Assembly (NCBI GenBank): GCA_030599515.1
Contig: JAUVNV010000001.1
Span: 1-63,171 of the forward strand
Origin: Acidimicrobiia bacterium
GTDB lineage: Bacteria; Actinomycetota; Acidimicrobiia; Spongiisociales; UBA5794
Reading direction: 5' to 3'
Length of the DNA: 63,171 nt
In this document: one piece after another, positions 38,904 through 47,475 of the stretch
How the letters are laid out: each line of letters starts with the position of its first letter
Numbering within the stretch: the first letter of the stretch is position 1
Program-made: the position numbers and the translations under genes
Notes under the pieces: model-generated
Told to the model about the DNA's origin: nothing
Databases searched by the model: none
Seen by the model: the letters and a program-made list of their open reading frames with translations, nothing else

Positions 38904-41900
38904 GGGTTGGCTATCGGAGTGATCTGGGCAAAGTCGTCGTCGGCGAGATCGTCGACCGTGCCGGTCGAGGCCGCCGCGAAGTCGGAGAGCATCGACTCCT
39001 GCGCTCCCGGCTCAGGATGGAGCAGATCCATGATGCGTGTCGCGTTGATCGCTCCGTCTCCTCCGCCGATCCGCCATTGCTGAGCGGACGGTTCGACGTC
39101 GCGGATCCGGCGAACGCCGCTCGACGGGAATCCCTCCTGGCTCATCAGGGCGACAGCGTAGGCCCACTCGGCCGGGTCCCCGTCTCCGAACAGTGATTTC
39201 GGAATCCGCGCCGTTACCCGCCCCTTGTCGGAGAAGACGAGGATCTTGAACGTCGGCTCCGTCTCCGTGATCGATCCGTCCGCTTCTGCGACGTACAGAG
39301 CCGGGAACCATCCCTCGATCGTCAACGCACGGTCCCACCCCGATCCGGATTCCCAGGATGCGTTCCTTCCGGGGAGGAATCGTCGAGCGCCGTCGGCGGT
39401 TCCGGGGTTCGTGTCGACGTAGATATCGAAAGTCTGGATCGAGAGACCCTTCGGGCTGTCCCACGGGTTGAAGATGGGTACCAGGACGCTGAGACCGAAT
39501 ACGAGGTCGTCGCCGGACTCACCTACCGTGAAACCCGTCAGGTCGTACGAGCCGGCCGTGAACACCGGGTCGGTCGGATACGTATAGTCACCGGGCCCAT
39601 GATCGTCACCCTCCGGATCGACCACGTCGATCGCGGTGGAAACATCAGAGATGTCGGCCACGACCATCACCCCGGGGCCTTCGGAAGGCGCCATGATGCT
39701 CTCCGGCCCTCCCGAGCGATCGATGAGCCGGAATCGGACGGGATCACCGACTTCGATCGGGCCCAGCAAGTCGAGCGGGATCGAGAACTCGATCCGTGTC
39801 CCGTCGAATCCGGTTTCGAGCGGTTCCGCTTCAGGGAGCATTCCAGCGTCCACGAGGCCGTCCCCACTCCCGATCGGCGGCAGCGCCACGGGTCCGCGCA
39901 TCGAAGTCGGGTCGGTGCCGCGCCACGACAGCAGGTGGCTGGCCCGGAATCCGATGACCTCACCACCCACGGTCAAGGCGCGCCCTGTGGCCGCGCCGGG
40001 AAGACCGAGATAGAGATCGAACCCGGCCGCGTCGTCTCCGAGTACTTCGCTCCCGTAGTCCACCCGGATCTGGAGAAGCTTCTTGTCGTAGAGCCAGTGA
40101 TAGGCGGCGAACGGTGCTCCATCGAGGGAGTAGAGGCCGGCGGTGTCCCACTCCTCGGTGTCGACGTCCGCATCGATCACGATCGTGCCGATCCCGTCGG
40201 CGGATCGGTCGGGGACGACGGTCGGTGCCGGGATGATTGGCGTGCGAATGAACGCCGGGCGATCGATCGCGAGCGCGTCGTACACGCGGCCGAGAAGCTC
40301 CCGGAACGCGCCGTCGAAGTAGCCGTCGTCGCCCGAATCTTGATCGGAGCCGTACCACCAGAACCAGTCGGAGCCTTCGGCGAAGAGCAGATGGTCGTAG
40401 GCCGATTCGAGTTGCTCGTCACTTGCCGATGCCGACGATTCCGCTTTCGCGTATGTCCGGCGGGTCGCCCACAAGGCGTCCCACGCGGCCGCCTCTTCCC
40501 GCTCGCCGATCCAGGTCGCGAAGTTGGGCTGGAACCACGACGCCGGGAAGACATCGGGAAGCGGCTCGATCCGGTCGCCGAACTGCGACAGCAGCTCGCC
40601 GGGCGTGATGGTCGTCACGAAGTCCGACGTGGTGAGGTTCTCGTAGAGGGCGTTCAGGAAGTCCTTGCCGTCGTTGTCGTAGTGCTCCCAGGCGTTCTCA
40701 CCGTCGACGACGACGGTGACCACCTTCGGGCCTTCGACGCCGAGCTCGTCGAGTCGATCCATCGCGTGCTCGAGGCGACTCATGAAGTCGTCGGCTGCCT
40801 CGTCTCCGGGAGAGCCGGAGTACTCGAATCCGATGAGGTTCGCGAGTTGGACGTCCCGAAAGAAGATCGGAAGATCCGGATTCCGGCCGTGTTGAGCCGC
40901 GTACATGCGATAGAGGGCGTCGGCGTCGAGCACCGTCCCGTTGGAGTCCCGTTCGAACGAGCCGAGACCGAGGGTCTGGCCGAGCACGTGCTCGCCGGAG
41001 GCGATCCACTCGACGCCCTCGCCGGCCAGGATCCACGTTACCTGCTGAGCCACCGCGCCCTCAGCGGGCCACATGCCGGTCGGGCGCCGGCCGAGGAGTC
41101 GTTCAACAACGTCGAGACCGCGCGTCACCTGCTCCCGGGAGTCGGGAGCTTCCTGGAACCGCATGTCCGGCATGATCGCCGTGGGGTCTCCCACGAGGGC
41201 GAGGTTCGTGTCGGTGATGAGGGGGAGGATCGGGTGAGCGAGCGGCGTGGTCGTGACCTCGATCTGTCCCTTCTCCCAGAGCTCCTTGTGGATGTCGATC
41301 GTGCGGGCGACGGCGTCGAGATGAGCTTCGAGGACGGGTTGCTTGTCTGCTTCGACAAAACCGCGACCGCGATCGACCAACTCGCTCAGACGAGGCCCGG
41401 CGAGTAGATCCGGGTCGCTCCAGGCGAGGTTGAAGAGCACCTGCAAGTCGAGGTAGTCCTGGGTCGAGAAATCGATCCCTTCCGTCCGAAGATCGGCGAG
41501 CTCCTGGAACCTGGGGAATCGGGCGATGATGCTCGCGTTCACGTCGAAGAAGCGGGTGAGGAGGAACTCCTGCTCTTCGGCAGTGAGCGTGTCGGCCGGA
41601 ATCTCGGTATGTATCCAATACGAATCCCTCGTCCCGTTCATGATCTCCTCGAGTTGAAGGAGCAGCACCGGAGTGAGATTGAACGACACGCGCAAGTCCG
41701 GGTACCGACCGACGAGTTCGGCCATGTCCCAGTAGTCCTTGGCGGCGTGGAGCCGCACCCACGGACGGGTGACGATGCCGTTCTCATCCTTCGGGTAGAG
41801 GGGCTGATGCTGGTGCCAGAGCAGAACCAGGTAGAAGCCGTCTTCGTCCAGGGCGGCCGCCTCCGCCACTGCGGCCGTCGTGCTGGTTTCTTCGACCGCT

Positions 41901-42031
41901 TCGGTAGTAGTCGTCGAAGGCGTCTCGTCTGCCCCCGAAGTACAGGCCGCAGCAAGCAGCGCGAGCAGGAGGAGAAGAACTGCCGCCCTTCGGGCTGTTG
42001 GCTGCTGGCCGTTGGCTGTCGGCTCCTTCAC
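38900..42031 (-). CDS. Secreted lipoprotein: GH57-family glycoside hydrolase with a glucodextranase-like C-terminal region
   Basis: 1043 aa. Lipobox LLAAACTS, GH57 N-terminal signature LLWHQHQPLY. GTG start with a GTGA overlap on the M3 peptidase stop. Confidence 0.75.
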   Translation of the reverse strand: MKEPTANGQQPTARRAAVLLLLLALLAAACTSGADETPSTTTTEAVEETSTTAAVAEAAALDEDGFYLVLLWHQHQPLYPKDENGIVTRPWVRLHAAKDYWDMAELVGRYPDLRVSFNLTPVLLLQLEEIMNGTRDSYWIHTEIPADTLTAEEQEFLLTRFFDVNASIIARFPRFQELADLRTEGIDFSTQDYLDLQVLFNLAWSDPDLLAGPRLSELVDRGRGFVEADKQPVLEAHLDAVARTIDIHKELWEKGQIEVTTTPLAHPILPLITDTNLALVGDPTAIMPDMRFQEAPDSREQVTRGLDVVERLLGRRPTGMWPAEGAVAQQVTWILAGEGVEWIASGEHVLGQTLGLGSFERDSNGTVLDADALYRMYAAQHGRNPDLPIFFRDVQLANLIGFEYSGSPGDEAADDFMSRLEHAMDRLDELGVEGPKVVTVVVDGENAWEHYDNDGKDFLNALYENLTTSDFVTTITPGELLSQFGDRIEPLPDVFPASWFQPNFATWIGEREEAAAWDALWATRRTYAKAESSASASDEQLESAYDHLLFAEGSDWFWWYGSDQDSGDDGYFDGAFRELLGRVYDALAIDRPAFIRTPIIPAPTVVPDRSADGIGTIVIDADVDTEEWDTAGLYSLDGAPFAAYHWLYDKKLLQIRVDYGSEVLGDDAAGFDLYLGLPGAATGRALTVGGEVIGFRASHLLSWRGTDPTSMRGPVALPPIGSGDGLVDAGMLPEAEPLETGFDGTRIEFSIPLDLLGPIEVGDPVRFRLIDRSGGPESIMAPSEGPGVMVVADISDVSTAIDVVDPEGDDHGPGDYTYPTDPVFTAGSYDLTGFTVGESGDDLVFGLSVLVPIFNPWDSPKGLSIQTFDIYVDTNPGTADGARRFLPGRNASWESGSGWDRALTIEGWFPALYVAEADGSITETEPTFKILVFSDKGRVTARIPKSLFGDGDPAEWAYAVALMSQEGFPSSGVRRIRDVEPSAQQWRIGGGDGAINATRIMDLLHPEPGAQESMLSDFAAASTGTVDDLADDDFAQITPIANP

Positions 42032-42052
42032 TCCTTCAGTCCCAGGTCCTTC
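41997..42052. repeat. Heptad tract M: GTTGGCT GCTGGCC GTTGGCT GTCGGCT CCTTCAC TCCTTCA GTCCCAG GTCCTTC
   Basis: Eight units in register spanning the junction of two coding regions (M3 peptidase C-terminus and GH57 N-terminus). Confidence 0.55.
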
Positions 42053-43983
42053 AGGTACGCATCGGCGGAAGGCTCCCGGCCGAGGAAGGCGCGGAGGTGC
42101 TCGATGGCGTCACGGGAGTAGCCCCGTGCGAGAACCTCGCTGCGGTATCGGGCTCCGACCTCGGGGCTGAGAACGCCCTCGTCAGAGAAGATCGAGAACA
42201 TGTCGTCTCCGTAGACCTTGGCCCACTGGTAGCCGTAGTAGCCGGCGTCGTATCCACCCATGAGATGTCCGAACGACGCTGCGAAGTGCGTGCCGTCGTG
42301 ATAGGGGATCAGTGTCAGAGCGAAAGCGTTCCGGGTGGCCTTCTCGAGGTCGACGTCGCCGTGGCCCGTGTGGATCGCAAGGTCGAACGTGCCGAGGAAG
42401 GCTTGTCGCAGCGTGGTGAGCGCCGTGTTCTGATCGCGCGCGGCCACGAGTCGTTCGACGAGATCCGATGGGATCATATCATCCGTCTCGTAGTGGCGGG
42501 CGAAGCGTTGGAGCACCTCCGGTTCCCACATCCAGTGCTCCATGATCTGCGACGGCGCCTCGACGAAGTCCCACTCGGTGTCGTATCCGGCGAACCGGGG
42601 GTGATCGACCTCGGTCAAGCAGAAGTGCAAGACGTGCCCGAATTCATGGAACAAGGTGAGTGCCTCATCGTGCTTCAGCAGCGAAGGGGATCCGGGCCCC
42701 GGTTTCGTGAAGTTCGCGACGATGGCGGCGACCGGCTTCCGATATTCACCGCTCTCTTGTCTCAAGCCTCCCGTTATCGGGAAGCACGCGGCGTGTCCGA
42801 ACTTGCCATCGCGCGGGAAGAGATCGGCGTAGAAGAAGGCGATCGCCTCCTCCGAGCCTCGGTTCCGAATCTCGTACAGCTTGACGTCATCGTGCCATGC
42901 GCCGGTCTCTTCGACCTCGCGGTACTCGAGGCCGAAGACATCGCCGGTGATCGCGAACATCCCCTCAAGCACCGTCTCCAAGGGGAAGTACTCGGCGACC
43001 TCGTTCTGGTCGATGCCGTAGTCACGCCTGCGTTGCATCGTGTGGTAGTACATCCAGTCCCATGACTGGATCGGCTCGTCCCCAAGGTCGAGTGATGCGA
43101 GATCCTGGAGTGCTGCGAGTTCCTCGACACCGCGGCTGGTGAGACCGGGAATGATCGAGGCGTACAACTCGTCGACCGCCTCCGGGTCGGCCATTTTGAC
43201 CTCCATGGAGTACCTGGCCCACGTGTCGTACCCGAGAAGGTCGGCGATCTCCTCGCGAATCGAGACGGCTTCGGCGAGGAGAGGTGTGTTCTCCTCAGCA
43301 GAGCGAGTCCAGAACTTGAATTGCATCTTCCGACGCAGATCGCGATTCTCCGCCTCCTCGATGAACGGGATGTAGTCCGGGTAGTTCATCGAGACCCGGA
43401 AGGTTGCTTCAGAGGCGCCCGGCTTGAGACGCTCGACGTAGGCGTCCGGCAGTCCGGCGAGGTCGTCCCGCGTCATGTCGATGCCATCGTCCCACTCGTC
43501 GAGGTTGCTGTTGAATGCAACCTGAAGCTCGATGAGCCTCTGCTTGAGTTCGCGAAGACGGTTCCGATCCGCACCGTCGAGGTCGTGCCCGGCGCGGCGG
43601 AGGTCGCGGAGCCAGAACTCGAGGTTGCGCGCCTCGAGGCCGTCGAGGGCACGAGCGTCATCCGTCACGGCATACGAGCGGATCGCTGCGGCGAGATCGG
43701 AGCGCATGATGAGGTCCGAACCCCACTTGGCCATCCGTTCCTCCGCGGCGACTCCAGCCGCGCGCACGTCGTCATCGGCATGGACCCTCGCCATGAACGC
43801 TCCCCGTCCCGAGGCGTCTGCGACGATCACGCCGGCGCGGTCCAGTGGTGCCAACGTGTTCGCATAGGTTCGCGACTCGTCGGCCCCGACCACGGCTTCG
43901 ACTGCAGTATCGGCTTGTGCGATGGCAGCCTCGGTGATTTCGGTGACGGAATCGGCGGTAACGGCGGTGTAGTCGTAGAGCAT
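42028..43983 (-). CDS. M3 family zinc metallopeptidase (peptidyl-dipeptidase/oligopeptidase-like)
   Basis: 651 aa. HEFGH zincin motif (LFHEFGHVLH) with a downstream Glu. Confidence 0.88.
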   Translation of the reverse strand: MLYDYTAVTADSVTEITEAAIAQADTAVEAVVGADESRTYANTLAPLDRAGVIVADASGRGAFMARVHADDDVRAAGVAAEERMAKWGSDLIMRSDLAAAIRSYAVTDDARALDGLEARNLEFWLRDLRRAGHDLDGADRNRLRELKQRLIELQVAFNSNLDEWDDGIDMTRDDLAGLPDAYVERLKPGASEATFRVSMNYPDYIPFIEEAENRDLRRKMQFKFWTRSAEENTPLLAEAVSIREEIADLLGYDTWARYSMEVKMADPEAVDELYASIIPGLTSRGVEELAALQDLASLDLGDEPIQSWDWMYYHTMQRRRDYGIDQNEVAEYFPLETVLEGMFAITGDVFGLEYREVEETGAWHDDVKLYEIRNRGSEEAIAFFYADLFPRDGKFGHAACFPITGGLRQESGEYRKPVAAIVANFTKPGPGSPSLLKHDEALTLFHEFGHVLHFCLTEVDHPRFAGYDTEWDFVEAPSQIMEHWMWEPEVLQRFARHYETDDMIPSDLVERLVAARDQNTALTTLRQAFLGTFDLAIHTGHGDVDLEKATRNAFALTLIPYHDGTHFAASFGHLMGGYDAGYYGYQWAKVYGDDMFSIFSDEGVLSPEVGARYRSEVLARGYSRDAIEHLRAFLGREPSADAYLKDLGLKE

Positions 43984-44028
43984 GTCCGGGAGGGTACCGG
44001 GTGCCGTGAGTTTGATTCCGGGACGTCT

Positions 44029-45000
44029 CTATTGGATCGGCGAGACGTCGAACAGCAGGGGGCGGTGAGAAGAGCCGAGATCGGGTCCGACTCGACGGTA
44101 CGGCACGGTGATCGCCCCGAGGTAGATGGCGTGGTCGACCGGGAGGCCTGTGTAGCTGCCGACGAACGGCCAGTCGTACGACGGCCACGTCGCTGTGTAC
44201 CCGAAGCCATCTTCGGAGTTCGTCATCCCCTCTGCGAGCAGCTTGAAAGCGTGAGACCATCGGGAGGCCTCGAGGTTTCCGGTCACCACAACCGGGCCTT
44301 CCATGGCGAGAGCGGCTGCATTCATGGCGGTGAAGCGTTCGATTCGGTCATCCGCAACGCGCGTTGAGCCGGGGCTCCGAACGGCAAGCCCGATCACCGT
44401 CAAGGTGCTGGTTTCGTTCGCGACGCGAACGGTGACATCGGCGCCGGGCGCGGGTGGCAGAGGCGAAGCCGTCGCGTTGTGCCGAACGAGGACGAGCGGC
44501 TGACCGGTTGCTTCTGAGGCGACCGGGGTGGCAACGATCCGGTAAGGGACGCCGCTGTCGTCCAACGTCGTCGGCCAATCTCCACGCGTGTGGAAGAGCA
44601 ACGCGACGTCGACCTCTTCCTGGTTGATCCACTCGATGATCTCGCGGCGGTGTTCGGATGACCCGCCGGTATCGAGGCTCACGACTCTGATGCCGTCGTT
44701 CGAACCGACGGCAGGTTGTGTGGCCAGCCACATCGGAGCGAGGAGAACGGCGTTCGCAACGGCCGCGAGAAGGAACAGGGCCGAGAGGGAACGACGAAAG
44801 ACGAAGCCGTAGATGACGGCGGCGGCCACGAGGATCACGATGTAGGGGAATCGCCAATCGGCGAGTCGATCGAATCCCCACCAGGTCGCTCCGAAGAACC
44901 CCAGGACGGTGCCGAGTGATGCGGCGGTGCCGAGGAGGAACACGAGCGCGGAGGAGAGCTTGCGCCCGGTCCCGGTCTCGATCGTGCTTCTTCCAGCCAT
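44029..45000 (-). CDS. Membrane-anchored endonuclease/exonuclease/phosphatase (EEP) family protein
   Basis: Start at ATG 45000 with an ATGA overlap on the upstream stop. N-terminal TM helices followed by an EEP-like domain. The track ORF to 45396 is over-extended. Confidence 0.55.
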   Translation of the reverse strand: MAGRSTIETGTGRKLSSALVFLLGTAASLGTVLGFFGATWWGFDRLADWRFPYIVILVAAAVIYGFVFRRSLSALFLLAAVANAVLLAPMWLATQPAVGSNDGIRVVSLDTGGSSEHRREIIEWINQEEVDVALLFHTRGDWPTTLDDSGVPYRIVATPVASEATGQPLVLVRHNATASPLPPAPGADVTVRVANETSTLTVIGLAVRSPGSTRVADDRIERFTAMNAAALAMEGPVVVTGNLEASRWSHAFKLLAEGMTNSEDGFGYTATWPSYDWPFVGSYTGLPVDHAIYLGAITVPYRRVGPDLGSSHRPLLFDVSPIQ

Positions 45001-46580
45001 CAGTTGCCGAGAGCGTAGAAGAATCCGTCGCGGGATCCCACATAGATGCGCCCGTTCCACACTGCCGGGGTCGACTCGATGCAGGCGCCGGTACCCACAG
45101 TCGCGTCCCAGAGGTGCTGCGGCGAACGCGGATTGGTGAGGTCGTAGGCCCGGAAACCGGAATGGTCGGTGAGGCAGTCGGCGCCGACGACGAGGGTGTT
45201 GCCGGCGATGACCGGCGACGACCATGCGTTGCCGCCGATGAAGTCCTGCCACACCGTTTCGCCGGTGGCGGTATCGATGGAGAGAAGATCCCCGGCATCG
45301 GTCGCGACGAAGAGGAGGCCGGCGTCGACATGAAGCGCAGGCGTCGCCCATGCCCCGGCATCCTGCCCGCGTGCGGCCGACAGGGAGACCTTCCACACGA
45401 CGGGGTCATCCGGGTTGTTCGGATCGAGCTTGGCGAGATCACCGACCTCTCGCACGCGGCGCGCAGCAGTGTTGTTCTTCTTCGCCGTGTCGGCGTGCGA
45501 GATCACGTAGAGGAAGCCGTCCCGATCGATACTGATCGTGGCATCGGTGTCATCGCCGTTCCAGAAGTCGAAGAAGATCTCGCCGTTCCCCGACTCGATG
45601 TCAGAGACGTCCACGCCGACCACGCGGCCGGCGGACGTGGAGAAGTAGGCGCGCTGCTCGAAGACGGCCGTCGAGTTCTCGACCGAATGCTGGCGGCCGA
45701 ATATCTCCGTCAACTCGTCGGTCCAGGCGGGGATCTGATAGACGACCTGCGGGTCGACGACGACTTTCCCGTCGGCGTCGTACCCGCGGTTGAGTTTCAC
45801 AGCGAACCACCATGAGTTCTCTCCGCCCTCGTACATGATGTCGTCGACGATGACCGGGTTCGAATCCCAGTCGTCGTTCCAGATGCCCTCCACCGACTTG
45901 GCGTGGAGTGACCAGACCTCGACGGGTTCTTCGCCGTCGAGCGCGATGATGCGGAACCGGGGGTCGCGAGAGCCGGTGTAGAGCAACGGGAAGCCATCCG
46001 GGTCGAGGGTCACCGAACCCTTGATGATGTCGCCCATGTCGAAATCGGGGCGTGTTCGTTCGCCCGTGGCGGCGTCGAGGAAGTGGATCTGTTTGTCGTA
46101 GGCGCCGAAGATCACTTCGGTGATCCCATCTGGACGCTCCCACACGACCGGTTGGCCCGTCCACCCGCTCCCGCACCAGACCTTCGGTTCCTTACCGATC
46201 GGGGACTGGCCACACATCGGCTCCTCGGGGAAGCGCCAGACCACGTCCGGTGCGGTTGCCGACACGGGGCCGGATCCGAAGTAGGTTCGGGTCGGGTTGC
46301 CGCGGAACATCGTCAAGCCGACAACCTCACCCCACGGTTCCCCGACGCTCTCGGGAGGCACGACTCCCGGTGGCCGCTGGGGGACCGTCGTGGTCGTTGA
46401 GGCGGGGGCGATCGTCGACGTCGGGTCTCCCGGTTGAGTCGTCTCGGTGCTGGGGAGTGTCGTAACGGGGGCGAGGGTCGTTGTCGAGCCGTTCGGGTCG
46501 ACCGGAACGACGTCGGCGCCGGCCACGCACGCCGCGGCGATGAGGCTGAGGGCGACAAGGAGGAGAGTGAGGCGGCGCAT
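45000..46580 (-). CDS. PQQ-like beta-propeller repeat lipoprotein
   Basis: Lipobox LIAAACVAG and a Thr/Pro-rich linker. Repeated W/G-containing blades (BamB-like/PQQ_2). Confidence 0.7.
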   Translation of the reverse strand: MRRLTLLLVALSLIAAACVAGADVVPVDPNGSTTTLAPVTTLPSTETTQPGDPTSTIAPASTTTTVPQRPPGVVPPESVGEPWGEVVGLTMFRGNPTRTYFGSGPVSATAPDVVWRFPEEPMCGQSPIGKEPKVWCGSGWTGQPVVWERPDGITEVIFGAYDKQIHFLDAATGERTRPDFDMGDIIKGSVTLDPDGFPLLYTGSRDPRFRIIALDGEEPVEVWSLHAKSVEGIWNDDWDSNPVIVDDIMYEGGENSWWFAVKLNRGYDADGKVVVDPQVVYQIPAWTDELTEIFGRQHSVENSTAVFEQRAYFSTSAGRVVGVDVSDIESGNGEIFFDFWNGDDTDATISIDRDGFLYVISHADTAKKNNTAARRVREVGDLAKLDPNNPDDPVVWKVSLSAARGQDAGAWATPALHVDAGLLFVATDAGDLLSIDTATGETVWQDFIGGNAWSSPVIAGNTLVVGADCLTDHSGFRAYDLTNPRSPQHLWDATVGTGACIESTPAVWNGRIYVGSRDGFFYALGN

Positions 46581-46644
46581 CGGCTCGGAGTGTAGGAACC
46601 GGGATGTTTTCTGCTCGCCACCGCGGCAGCCGTATCCTCAGCCC

Positions 46645-47475
46645 ATGCGTGCGCTGCCTCCCCGCCTCGATCCTCTCCGGGAAGCGTACGCGCGCATCAT
46701 GGACGCCGATCCGTTCTTGATGTCCGCGGCGATCGCGTACAACGCGTTCTTCGCCCTGGTCCCGCTGGCCTTCGCCGCGGTTGCCGGCCTGTCGATGGCG
46801 AGAACGGATGAGGTAACCGTCGCTCGAGTGCAGGAGATGGTGGCCGACGGACTCCCCGACGAGGTGGGTGCGTTCTTCATCGAGATCTTCGGAGAGGCCC
46901 AACAGTCTGCAGGTGATCTTGGAACCGTCGTGCTCGTGATCTCGCTTCTGGTCGCCCTCTGGTCTGGATCCCGCGCGATATACGCAGTGCAGAAGTCCCT
47001 CCGACTCATCGCGCGCACAGAAGAGCACCGTCCATACTGGAAGACGCGCGGATTGGGGATCCTCTTCACGTTCGGTGCCGGCGTTGCTCTGATCGTCGGG
47101 TACGTCGTCGTGATCTTCGGAGACTGGCTCGTTCAGACGCTCGAGCACTTCGGCATTCCCCTCGGCTCGGTGACGGGGATTACCGGCGTCGTCCTCTTCG
47201 GCTGGGTGGTCGTTGTGCTGTACGCCATCTACGAGTGGGGTACGCCGAGCCAGATCCGACGGCCGTTCGTCGCGGCCGTCGTAGCGACCGGACTTCTGAC
47301 CCTTGTCACCTTGGGGGCTGCTGTGGTTCTTCCGGACATCAGCGGTGGCACGGTCGCGGCGCTTGGATCGGTCGGCGTCGTACTGATCTGGTCCTACGTC
47401 ATCGGTCTCGTCGTGATCGTGGTCCCGGCGGTCGTTCCATCGATCGAAGACGTCGTACGAGGCACCACCGAGTGA
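46645..47475 (+). CDS. YihY/BrkB family membrane protein
   Basis: Family N-terminus AAIAYNAFFALVPL plus about 6 TM helices. Start at ATG 46645. Confidence 0.75.
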   Translation: MRALPPRLDPLREAYARIMDADPFLMSAAIAYNAFFALVPLAFAAVAGLSMARTDEVTVARVQEMVADGLPDEVGAFFIEIFGEAQQSAGDLGTVVLVISLLVALWSGSRAIYAVQKSLRLIARTEEHRPYWKTRGLGILFTFGAGVALIVGYVVVIFGDWLVQTLEHFGIPLGSVTGITGVVLFGWVVVVLYAIYEWGTPSQIRRPFVAAVVATGLLTLVTLGAAVVLPDISGGTVAALGSVGVVLIWSYVIGLVVIVVPAVVPSIEDVVRGTTE

